Source: Mustelus asterias (lineage: Eukaryota). Taken from it: 64,000 bases of DNA. Position 1 is the first letter of the stretch; each line of letters opens with the position of its first letter. Shown here one piece after another: positions 25,261 through 37,085 of this stretch. The translations under genes were made by a program, and so were the position numbers. The notes under the pieces were generated by a model. The model made no database searches. It had not been told where the DNA came from and saw nothing but the letters and a program-made list of their open reading frames with translations. Location of the stretch: NCBI RefSeq assembly GCF_964213995.1, contig NC_135825.1, positions 18,600,001-18,664,000 of the forward strand. The letters run 5' to 3'.

Positions 25261-27023
25261 AAAACAAGCATGCCATATGCCTTCTTAATCACCTTGGCCA
25301 CCTGTGTTGCAATTTTTAGGGAACTGTGGACCTGCACGCCCAGATCCCTCTATGTGTTAATATTCTGCCATTTACAGAATAATTCATATCTAAATTTGAT
25401 CCTCCAAAATGCATCACCTCACATTTGTCTGGATTAAACTCCATCTGCTATTTCTGTGCCTAAGTCTCCAATCTATCTATATCCTGTTGTCTCCTCTGAC
25501 AATCCTCGGCACTATCAGCAACTCCACCAATCTTTGTGTTATCCGCAAATATACTAATCAGGTCATCCACATTTTCAGATCATTTAAATATACTACAAAC
25601 AACAGAGGACCCAACACAGATCCCTGCGGAACACCAGTAACTACCGATCTCCATTGTGAAAAACATCCTTCTGCTGCTTCTCTTTGTCTTCTATAACCAA
25701 GCCAGTTCTGTATCCATTAGCCAGCCCACCATGAATCCCATGTGATTTTAGTTTTTGTGGGATTTTGTCAAACGCCTTACTAAAGTCCATATAAACTACA
25801 TCCCTTCCCTCACAAATGTTCTTTATCATCTCTTCAAAAAACTCAATCAAGTTGGTGAGGCATGACCTTCCCCATACAAAAACATGCTATGTGTCACTAA
25901 CTAGTCCATTTTCCTCCAAATGTGCATATATCCTGTTCCTCAGTATCTTTTCCAAAAGCTTCCTCACCACTGATGTCAGGCTCACCAGCCTATAATTTGC
26001 TGGATTATTCCTGCTTCATTTCTTAAACAAGGGAACAACATTGGCTATTTTCCAGTTCTCTGGAACTTTGCCTGTGGCCAAAGAGGATGCGAAGATATCT
26101 GTTAAGGCCCCAGCTATTTCTCCCCTTGCTTCCCGCAGTAACCTGGGATAGATTCCATCCAGCCCCAAGGATATTTCTCTAGATAAGGGACCAAAACAGA
26201 TGACAGTTTCCATGAAAGCTTAAAAGGCTTTTTAAGGAAAAGGAATCTTGAAAGGAGAGTTGGAAAACCTGGAAATGGATCCTTGCTGAAAACAGCTAAG
26301 TGACAGAATTGTTTCAAAGAAAATTCAAAGGGGTGTCTGTTCCTCAACAATGTGAGAATAAACAGATCATCTGTTTTGGTCCCTTATCTAGAGAAATATA
26401 CCTGGGGCTGGATGGAATCTATCCCAGGTTACTGGGGGAAGCAAGGTCTCACTGAATGGTGGAGTAGACTCGATGGGCCAAGTGGTCTACTTTTGTTCCT
26501 ACATTTTATGGTATAACAATGAGGGCTAGGTATCATGCCAGGGCAGCAGACCCTTCTTAGAAACAGTGCCACAGAAACTTTTACATCTACTGTCGAGAAT
26601 GAGAAAGGTTTTGATTTAACATCACACCTGAAGGACATCACAGCACTCCCTCAGCATACACTGGAATGTCACCCTGGATTTTTCTGCTCAAGCCTCTGGA
26701 TCAAGACTTGAACCTACAAGCTTCTGACTGAGGCAAGAATGCTCCTCGCTGCGCCATGGTTGACATCCAAAAGAGATTGCTAAAAATACTCAGCATGTCA
26801 GGCAGCATCTGTGGAGGCAGGAAAAACAGAATTAACATTGTTGGTCACTGACCTCCTACCACTATTGGCAAAGGTCAGAGATGCAACAGGTTTTAAGCAG
26901 TTGAGTCAAAGGTAGCATGTGGAACAGGGGAGAGGATAAAAGGGAAGACTTGTGGTAAGGTGGAAGCCAGGAATGATAAAATGACAAAAGGGAATGAGAA
27001 TAGTGCAAATAAAATACAGGGTT

Positions 27024-27215
27024 AAACAAAAACAGAAAATGCTGGATAACCTCAGCAGGTCTGACAGCATCTGTGGGGAGAGAATAGAGTCAACGTTTCA
27101 AGGGTCATCCTGACTTGAAACATTGGCTCTATTCTCTCTCCACAGATGCTGTCAGACCTGCTGAGGTTTTCCAGCATTTTCTGTTTTTGTTTCAGATTCC
27201 AGCATCCGCAGTTTT
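27024..27215. mobile_element. Second Penelope-like pLTR family, head-to-head inverted pair
   Basis: 79-bp arms at 27024-27102 and 27114-27192. The CCACAGATGCTG..CAGACCTGCTGAG motif recurs near 20140, 26780, 45800, 53180, 53430, 56890 and 58960. Family assignment is from recall. Confidence 0.55.
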
Positions 27216-27667
27216 TAGCATTTAAAAAACAGGCTTAGGTGAGCTATAAATGGCAACAGCCCCAACATTACCAGCACCTACTGTCTGAAATAAATCTATT
27301 TATTTTGCAAGCTCCTGCTGTATTAAATTGTTTGAATTGTTTGAATAACTTTAAATAAGTTATTAAAGGATTCACTGTCTTTGCATTGACTGGTGACATA
27401 GTGCTTTATTTGTATCTACAAGAGATCAGCCACTTAAGCATATTTGAAAGCTTTGAATGGGGCGCATGAATAGGAGTTTTTTTCACAATCAACTATGTAG
27501 CATGAGAGCTGTATCATATATTTAGAAGGTGAATTTGTTCCATCTCCATATGGGTTTTGAGGTATTCCCATGGTGGATAGTGGGTTAGTGGCTATGGAGG
27601 TGGCATGGAGAGTATGAAGGCCATTACCTGGCGGAGGTCATGAGTGGGCATTGACTGGCATGCAGGG

Positions 27668-27975
27668 TGTGGTGAACCATAGATGGTTACCACTATGGGT
27701 ACTGAACCATAGATGGTTAGCACTATGGATACTTGTACATATGTTACTGTTGTCACTGTTGGGGTTAGGGTTGGGGTGTTCTACCTGTTGGTATTGTTCT
27801 GTGGTACACTCCAGTTGGCTCCGCCTACCTGTAGGAGTATAAAGGTCACTGCACTGCCTGGTGACCCTTTAGTCTGGGATTGTATTGTTATATAGTATAC
27901 TCCATTCTTGTTACTAATAAAAGCCTTTATTTCCCGGGTACGATCCAGCCTCCCGAGTGATTTAATCGCGCATCA
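27668..27975 (+). mobile_element. Solo LTR, 308 bp
   Basis: TG...CA termini; 5-bp target-site duplication CAGGG (27663-27667, 27976-27980); internal TATAAA and AATAAA; empty site in the paralogous region near 53985. Confidence 0.88.
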
Positions 27976-28254
27976 CAGGGTATGATGGGTCATGGTGGGG
28001 TGGGTATGGGGGCTTGAGTCAGTATTAAATTAGCATGAGGAGAGTGAGTGGCCTTCGGGTTGGTGGGGTGTGAAGGGTGAGGACCGAACAACCAAAACAA
28101 CTGGAACAAATTTCCAGTGAACAAAGGTTAGCATTGTAGCCAGCAGGCTTTGACACTTGCCCACCCCAATGGCAGCCTATCCACCACTTCCAAAGTTAAC
28201 AGGCTCAAATCGATCCCATTGCCATCTCCCAGCAATGAATATTGCATGTATCAA

Positions 28255-28625
28255 GTACATTTACCAAGGCAGGTTGGTCTACACTTCCCGCTGCCTCGGA
28301 AAAACAGCCAGCATAATCAAGAACTCCAGGCACCCCAGACATACCCTCTTCCACCTTCTCCCATCGGGATAAAGATACAAAAATCTGAGAACACATGCCA
28401 ACAGCTTCTTCCCTGCTGTCATCAGACTTCTGAATGGTCCTATCATAGATTAAGCTAATCCTTCTCTACACCCTACCTGTAACTGCAGCACTATATTCTG
28501 CACCCTCTCCTTTCCTTCTCCCCTATGTACTCTATGAACGATATGTTTTGTCTTTATAGCGCACAAGAAACAATACTTTTCATTGTATGCCAATATATGT
28601 GACAATAATAAATCTAATCTAATCA
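28255..28625 (+). mobile_element. LINE 3' end, Rex1/Babar-like; paralogue at about 54210-54585
   Basis: KTASIIKNSRHPRHTLFHLLPSG motif, AATAAA and (ATCTA)n tail. Confidence 0.65.
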
Positions 28626-29193
28626 GGTCCGGCAGTGAGTAGTAGTACTTAGATGGAGTCTGATCAACAGTTCAGACTTAAGTATATTCAAATACTAGGT
28701 CAACAGTAGATTTCAAACTGGCAGGTCAGGCCACAGGCTAAGGTTTCTCAAAGATGATTGCATACTAAGAACATCAGGTGAACCTGCTGCATCAAGGAAT
28801 TATAAGATGTACTGAAGTCAAGACCACAAAAGCAGTACCCGGAAAAAAAAAACCCTCACACAACACAGGGGCAGAAATTTTGCCTCTGAAATATAGCTAA
28901 ACTGAACTTCAGTGTCAAGAAACGTTTCACACTTGACACTGAAGACTGACCTGATGCCTTTGATGTGGTTTTAAATGTCAACTATTTGAAGAGAACGGTT
29001 TGGTCTTATTAGGAATTCAACCTGATTACAATTAGGTTGAAATACACATATGCAGTAAACATGTTTAAAGTGTTACTACGTTACTAGTCCTTATCAGGGT
29101 TTCTGATATTTGGTTCAATCTATACATAAACATATTAAGAAAACCAAATGTAATATTCTGGTTTGATATTTAAAGTGGAATACCTTTATAAAA

Positions 29194-29510
29194 GGGGCGG
29201 CATGGTGGTACAGTGATTAGCACTGCCGCCTCACAGCACCAGGGACCCGGGGACCCGGGTTTGGTTCCTGCCTTGGGTAACTGTCTGTTTGCACGTTCTA
29301 CCTGTGTCTGCATGGGCTTCCTCCAGGTGCTCCAGTTTCCTCTGACACTCCAAAGATGTGGCAGGGTTAGGTTGATTGGCCACTCTAATTTGACCCAGGG
29401 GTAAATTCATGGGGTTACAGGGAGAGGGCCTGGGTGGGATTGTTGTCAGTGCAAGCTTGATGGCTGAATGGCCTCCTTCTGCACTGTCAGGATTCCATGA
29501 TTCTATGATT
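29194..29510 (+). mobile_element. HE1/V-SINE; paralogue at about 55120-55435
   Basis: tRNA-like head and (ATTCTATG)n tail. Confidence 0.8.
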
Positions 29511-29602
29511 TAGAAAAATGACTTTGGGGTAAATTTTTTGTCTTCACCGTTCGGCTTGGTAATTTGATGAGTAAAGTTACATGTCTTTTCCAGGAACAAA
29601 CT

Positions 29603-30596
29603 GATAACAAGCTCCCTCATGGCAGGCTGGTGCACAGGATTAAATCTCACGCAATCAGGGGTGAACTAGCTCGATGGATTCAGAACTGGCTTGGCCATAG
29701 AAGACAGAGGGTAGTGGTAGAAGGGTGTTTTTCTGAATGGAGGTCTGTAACTAGTGGTGTTCTGCAAGGATCAGTGCTGGGACCTCTGCTGTTTGTAACA
29801 TATATAAATAACTTGGAAGAAAATGTAGGTGGTCTGATTAGCAAGTTTGCAGATGATACTAAGATTGGTGGAATTGCGGATAGTGATGAAGATTTTCAGA
29901 GAATACAGCAGGATATAGATAGACTAGAAAATTGGGCGGAGAAATGGCAGCTGGAATTTAATCGGGACAAATGCAAGTGATGCATTTTGGTAGATCCAAT
30001 TCAGGTGTGAGCTATAAAATAAATGGCAGATCAATCAGGAGCATAGATACACAGAGAGATCTGGGAGGACAGGTCCACAGATCCTTAACAGTGGCAACAC
30101 AGGTGGAAAAGATGGTGAAGAAAGCATCTGGTATGCTTGTCTTCATCAGGTGGGGCATTGAGTACAAAAGTTGGCAAATTACGTTACAGTTGTGAGCAGA
30201 GTGCAGAAAAGATTTACCAGGATGTTGCCTGTATGGAGGGCATTAGCTATGAGGAGAGATTGAATAAACTGCAATTCTTCTCCCTGGAAAGACGGAGGCT
30301 GAGGGGCGACCTGACAGAAGTTTGTAAAATTATGAGAGGTATAGATAGGGTGAACGGATGGAAGTTTTTGTCCCAGGGCAGAAATGACAATTGCAAGGGG
30401 GCACAAATTCAAGATAAGGAGGGAAATGTTCAGTGGAGATGTGTGGGGAAAGTTCTTTGCACAGAGGGTGGTGGGGGCCTGGAATGCACTGCCAGGTGAG
30501 GCGGTTGAGGCAGTTACGTTAGGCACATTTAACACTTATCTTGATGGGCATATGAACAAATGGAAAATAGAAGGATATAAGCGGTTGATTAGATAG
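29603..30596 (+). mobile_element. CR1-type LINE fragment cut off by the Gypsy 5' LTR; complete-tailed paralogue at about 55530-56600
   Basis: [24 protein letters not shown] motifs. Confidence 0.88.
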
Positions 30597-33500
30597 TGCG
30601 ATGACTTCAGCCAGGCTAATGAGATTGGCTTGTTAGAGTACCAACTTCCTGATGAGTCCTAATTGATGGTCCAATCAGGGAGCACCATGTTCCCTATTTA
30701 AAGCAGGTGTGTCAGTCTCTCAGCCTGCCATAGCAGGAAGCTACCGAAAGTGCTAGCTCAGTATATATATTATAGTTATAAATAAAGTAGTTTGGTGACG
30801 GGACTTTCACCTCTGTGGAGTTATTTAAGTGGCGATGAGGAAAAAGGAGTCACCTGAAGGAACTTGCTGAACTACCGCACATATTGAGGGTAAGCCATTG
30901 TTGGAAAAATGCCACTGTTTGGCAAATTGGACTCTTTTGACCCCGCAGTGGAGGATTAGACCCAATACGTGGAAAGGGTGAAGTATTTCTTCAGGGCAAA
31001 CGACATAGCCTCAGATGAGAAGCAAAGGGTTATCCTGCTGACTGCGTGTGGACGAGCAGCTTTTGCGATTACGCGCAGTTTAACTTTCCCGGAGGCACCG
31101 AACACAAAGTTGTCACACCTAGTTCAAGAATATTACAATCCTAAGCCACCCCTGATCCTGCGTAGGTACCAGTTTTACTCCACATTTCAAGAAGCAGGGG
31201 AGTCAATCACCAGTTTCCTGACAAGGCTAAGACCTCTGGCGGAGGCTTGCGAATTCGGTGGGATATTAAATGAGATGTTCCAAGACCGACTGGTGTGTGG
31301 AATTAACGATATGACTATACAGAAATGACTGGACTGTAAACAGGCATTACAGCTGGCGTTGTCGTTTGAAAAAGTGGCAAGTGGAGCCCATGAGCTACAA
31401 GGTATCCCGATAGAGGTAGAGGCCAACACCAGGGAGACTGGATTAGGGGACTAACACGACGGGATAGGGGACTACATAGCAGCTCTCCAGAAGGATTCGG
31501 ATATAAGGGAGCCCAAATCGACCTACAGAACCTCACCTAGACAAGGCCAGGTTAAACCCAGAACGACAGCAGTTCCTGTAGAGTCCCACCCGAGACGACA
31601 TCGCTATGGTTGCCAGTATCAGGAGGCCCAGAGAAAAAGCAAAGTTCTGAAACCAATATGGCCAAAAAGAACACGTAGGCTGAGGGACAGGAGAATGCAC
31701 AACCTGGAAGATCCACCTACGTCTGACGAGGAACAGCTACTGTGCATAGCAATGACAAAATCAGAACCCATCAAATTGTCAGTGAGACTGAATGAACGTC
31801 CAATTTTAATGGCGGTTGACACAGGCGCAGCCGTATCGGTCAAAGAGGAAACAGTGTTTAACAAGATATGCACTGGACTCCAACCCTTAGCCCTGACCAA
31901 AACTTTGGCAAGGCTGAGGACCTATACGGGGAAACCACTGAAAGTGATGGGTACAATCCATGTGCCAGTTACTTATGGGAAACAACTAGTTAGGCTACCA
32001 TTGATGGTATTGGAAGGTTCAGGACCAAGCCTATTAGGGTGAAATTGGCTAAAGGAAATCCAGCTAGTTCGGACAAATATCTTCCAGCTGGAAAATGATC
32101 ACCTGAGTGAAGCCCTGAGCAAATCTGGAGGTTTTTCGGGAAGGCTGAGGGACAATCAAAGGAGTCGATGCTAAATAACATGTCCACCCGGAGACAGTCC
32201 CAAAGTTTTGCAAAGCCCAACCAGTACCATTTGCGTTAAGGGAAAAGGTCGACACGGAAATCAAAAGATTGCAGCACGAAGGAATAATAAAACTGGTCCA
32301 GTTCGCGAATGGGCGGCACCTGTGTTTCCTGTCTTAAAACCTGATGGCTTGGTGCGCCTTTGCGGTGATTTCAAACAGACGATAAATCGTTACTCTCAGC
32401 TAGACAAATACCCAATCCCCAGGATTGAGGATCTGTACGCAACGTTTGCAGAAGGACTCCTATTCACAAAACTGGACATGAGCCATGCATACCTGCAACT
32501 ACGGCTGGACGAGGATTCGCAAAGATTCACTACAATAAATACGCTGAAAGGCCTCTTCCAGTATTAAAGATTACCTTTCGGGGTAAGTGCCATATTTCAG
32601 AGGACCATGGACAGCATCCTACAAGGGTTACCACAGGGTCCTCATTATGGGAAAAACAAGGGTGGAACATCTGCAGAACCTGGAGGAAGTTCTCAGGAGA
32701 TTTGATGCAGCAGGGGTTCATTTGAAAAGGGAGAAATGCGTCTTTTTAGCACCACAACTAACCTACCTCGGGATAAGTCGGGCCTACATCCTTTGGAGGA
32801 TCGGGTGCGAGCAATAAAATACTCCGTTCAGTCTCACTGACAATTTGATGGGTTCTGATTTTGTCATTGCTACGCACAGTAGCTGCTCCTTGTCAGATGT
32901 AGGCTCCCACAACCATCCAGGTCGTTTTTAGGACTGGTAACATACTACGGGAAATTCATACAGAATACGGCCTCCATTCTGGATCCCCTCCAACAGTTGC
33001 TAAAAAAGGGACAAGCTTGGGAATGGTCAGTTGAGAGAGTTGCTGTTTAATTTTCTTGAAGGCCCTGTTTGGGGGAAACAGGGCCTTCAAGAAAATTAAA
33101 CAGCAACTCTCGTCCAAAAATGTATTGGTACATCACGATCCCAAGAAGGAATTAGTGCTCACCTGTGATGAGTCCCCATCTGGGGATGGCGCAGTCCTGG
33201 CACACAGGTGGCAGAACAGACATGAACGGCCAATAGCGTATTCTTCCAGGATCCTGGAAATGGCAGAGTGAAGATATGCCCAGATTGAACAGGAAGGGCT
33301 GGCGGTAATCTTCGCAGGTAATAAATTTCACCAGTACTTATACGGGTGAAAATTTACAATTGTAACAGATCATAAACCCTTGTTGGGCCTACGTAATGAG
33401 GACAAAGCAGTTCCGCCGATAGCGTCAGCCTGAATCCAGCATTGGTCATTATTGCTGGCAGCATATCAGTATCGGTTGGAGCACCGGCCAGGGACTCGTG

Positions 33501-35516
33501 TGGCAAACGCTGATGCCTTAAGCTGGCTACTGTTACTGGGACACCCCACCATTGGTCCCCAGGATAGAGGAGACCTCTATAGAGAAAACTTTCTGGATAT
33601 CCTCCCGGTGGACACACACAATATCTGCCAGTGGATGCAGAAAGACCCTATATTGGCGAAGGTAAAGCACCTGGTGCTAACAGGGCAGTTGGAAAGACCA
33701 GTCCATCCACAGTTCCACCCATACTGGAGCAAGAGGGAGCAGATCACAGTGGAAGACAGGATACTGCTGTGGGGAGCACGGGTCATCGTCCCAAGACAGG
33801 ATCGTCGGGCCATACTGGCCGAATTAGACCATGGGCACCCCGGTGTATCAAAAATGAAGATGCTGGCCAGGAGCTACGTCAGGTGGCCAGGTCTGGATGC
33901 GGACATAGCGGAACTGGTGGGACAGTGCCAACAGTGCCAACAAGGGCAGAAGGTGCCACGGGCACCCCTGCTGCACCTGTGGGAATGGCCAGGTAGACCG
34001 TGGTCGCGACTCCATGTCGATTTCGCAGACCCTTTTAGGGGCTCCATGTTTTTGGTGATAATAGATGCCCATTCCAAGTGGCGAGATGTCTATAAACTAA
34101 ACTCGGGAAACGCAACTGCAATAGTTGAGAAACTGCGCACCTCATTCACAACGCACGGAATCCCAGAGGTAATAGTTTCTGATAATGGTTCAGTGTTCAC
34201 CAGCCAAGAGTTTTACAGTATTTATAAAATCAAATGGGATCCAGCACATCAAGATGGCACCTTATCAACCGGCGTCAAATGGGTTAGCGGAGAGAGCAGT
34301 CCAGACGTTAAAGGCCGAGTTGAAAAAACAGCCAACGGCCTCAGTAGAGACTAAACTCTCACGGTGGTTATTTGACAAAAGAACAACTACGGGAACCATG
34401 CCAGCAGAGTTGCTGATGGGCAGACGACCTAACTCCAGACAGAACCTGTTGTTTCCAAACCTGGGAGGAAAGCTGGAAAGACACCAGGAAGCCCAATGCA
34501 GGGGCCATAACAACACACGCCGAGAGAGGCACTTCGATGCTGGGGAGAATGTTCGGGTCAACAATTATGCAAATGGACCCGCCTGAGTAACAGGGACAGT
34601 CGAGTCCAGGACAGGACCAGTATCCTACCAAGCCAGGCTAATGAGGGGCGGCACGGTAGCACAGTGGTTAGCACTGCTGCTTCACAGCTCCAGGGACCTG
34701 GGTTCGATTCCCAGCTTGGGTCACTGTCTGTGTGGAGTTTGCACATTCTCCTCGTGTTTGCGTGGGTTTCCTCCGGGTACTCCGGTTTCCTCCCATAGTC
34801 CAAAGATGTGTGGGTTAGGTTGATTGGCCATGCTAAAATTGCCCCTTAGTGTCCTGAGATGCGTAGGTTAGAGGAATTAGTGGGTAAACTATGTAGGGAT
34901 GTGGGGGTAGGGCCTGGGTGGGATTGTGGTCGGTGCAGAATCGATGGGCTGAATGGCCTCTTTCTGTACTGTAGGGTTTCTATGATTTCTATGATTTCTA
35001 AGTACACATGGTCGTGGCAGTGGTAAGGAAACATCTGGACCAGGTCTTAGCCTCAAGCTCTCCACCCGCTCCTGAGCTGAATCCACTCTGCAGCCCTCGG
35101 GATGAGCAGAGTCCCACTCAACGGGCCAGTACCGTCTCTCCAGCACCCTTGATGGGGACCTCAGAGTCCGCAATGGGCACAGGGGACAAAGCTGCAGCGA
35201 TTCCCTTAACACCAGAAGTGGACAGGAACCAGCCCTCCAGCGTTCGCTGCGGAAGAGATGGGCACCAAACTGTTAAGCCCTGCCGACATCAGAGGTCGAG
35301 TTGGAGTATCCTAACTCGGCGCTCAAGCCGAGGAAAAGACTCCTGAGGAAAGCTAACCGAGGGGATTCCTCAGACTTTGGGGGGGAAGAGTGTGACAACT
35401 TCAGCCAGGCTAATGAGGTTGGCTTGCTAGATTATGAACTACCTGATGAGTCCGAATTGATGGTTCAATCAGGGAGCCTCATGCTCCCTATATAAAGGTG
35501 TGTCAGTCTTTCAGCC
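30597..35516 (+). mobile_element. Degraded Ty3/Gypsy LTR retrotransposon, near full length
   Basis: 5' LTR about 30597-30828, PBS-like TGGCGATGAGG at 30830, gag start MPLFGKLDSFDP, then protease/RT/RNase H/integrase remnants (YLDD removed by a 20-nt deletion), PPT and truncated 3' LTR 35391-35516. Interrupted by a SINE. Confidence 0.93.
34644..35000 (+). mobile_element. Young full-length HE1/V-SINE inserted in the Gypsy element
   Basis: Intact head, core and (TTTCTATGA)n tail; absent at the paralogous site near 10925. Confidence 0.92.
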
Positions 35517-36751
35517 ACGAGAGAGCGAGAGCGAGAGCGAGAGCAAGAAAGCGAGAAATGCTATCGTCTCATGGCATCTGACCCATACATTCTCCATCCC
35601 ACCACCAAAGAACATAACTCTCGACCTGGCATAGCGCTAAAGTGCATCAGCGAGAATGCAGACAACAAGGTCTCTATCCTGATGGGGCAGCTCAAAAATG
35701 GTGCCAGTCATAATATTGAAGAGGGCGAGTGGTGTCTGTGAGCTGTGTACTGCTAAAGCTTGACCTGAAATACGGGCCCACAAGCTTGGGGCTTTGTGTT
35801 CCAAAGAATAAACTTTTGTCTCCAGACTGTGCAACTAAATCTAGCTCTGGCTATTAAACTGATATGCTTAACTCCTCACGGTACGGTCAGTTAGCCGCTC
35901 TGGCAACAATGATCTTCTCAGTGGTACACAGCTGATTCTTGAGAAATCTGCAATTAGCTTTTCAAGAAATTCCCTTGGGGGCAGTGTCATTCTTCCAGGT
36001 CTTTAATGCTGTGCAGTTAAGCCAAACAGTTCAACTAAACGAAACCAAACAGTTAATACTAAATGCCCTCTCACAGCTAAAGTTTAAAATTTATTTATTA
36101 GTGTCACAAGTAGGCTTACATTGACACTGCAGTGAAGTTACTGTGAAAATCCTGTACCTGAGAGTCAGAGTTCACAGAGAAGTGGATATGAACTTCCAGT
36201 CCAGTAATCCCCTCTGGCTTCTGTCTATATCTGTCTCTCACGCAATAAATTAATATGCTATTTGAATTATTAATTTCACTTTTCTTGTGAAAACAAATGT
36301 CAGTAGGATGCAGGATACCAAAACTCAGTTTGGTCCATTTTCATTCCAGAAATTCTCTCCTTGTGACATGCAAAAACGACTGTAGATATCGGAGAGCTGT
36401 GCTTTGAGTTGGTGTCAAAGTTTCAAATGTCTGCTTCTCCCTCAAACTTTAAGGTTGGAAATAAATTAATGCAAATGAAGTCCTTTCAAACAAAGTGGAT
36501 TTTTTTTCAATAGGTTCAGGCAACACTAGCTACACCAGTATTTATTGCCCATCTCTAACTGCCTTTTAGAAAGTGGTAGTGAGCTCTCTTCTTGAACTGC
36601 TGCAGTCCATGTGGTGTAGGTAAACCCGCAGTGCTGTTAGGGAGGGCGTATTGGGATTCTGACCCAACAACGGTGAAGGAATTTTGACACAGCTCCAAGT
36701 CAGGATGGTGTGTGGCTTAGAGAGGAATTTGCAGGTGGCAGTGTCCCCACA

Positions 36752-37085
36752 CATAGAATCATAGAATCCCGACAGTGCAGAAGCAGGCCATTTGGCCCAT
36801 TGAGTCTGCACCAACTCTCTGACAGGCCCCGTCCTATCCCCATCACCCCAGACATTTACCATGGCCAATCCTACCAACCTACACATCCCCTGACACTAAG
36901 GGGCAATTTAGCATGGTCAATCAACCTAACCATACATCACTGGACTGTGGGAGGAAACCGGAGCACCCGGAGGAAATCCCCGCAGACATGGGGAGAAGAT
37001 GCAAACTCCACAGACAGTCACCCAAGGCCGAAGTTGAACCCGGGTCCCTGGAGCTGTGAGCGAGTAGAGCTAACCACTGTGACAC
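36752..37085 (-). mobile_element. HE1/V-SINE nested in an old LINE 3' end
   Basis: Full SINE on the minus strand with (CATAGAAT)n tail. Confidence 0.85.

Larger units (their letters stand above)
24772..26172 (-). mobile_element. CR1-type LINE upstream of copy B, interrupted by a pLTR insert
   Basis: GLDGIYPRLLRE..WKIANVVPLFKK and YMDFSKAFDK RT motifs; same insertion site as 3342. Confidence 0.88.

Noticed and set aside
28907-28944. 13-bp inverted repeat CTTCAGTGTCAAG / CTTGACACTGAAG
   Set aside because: Short, imperfect in the paralogue near 54862, and with no supporting context.
34644-34720. tRNA-like sequences with A and B boxes (several sites)
   Set aside because: They are SINE heads that continue into the V-SINE core, not tRNA genes.
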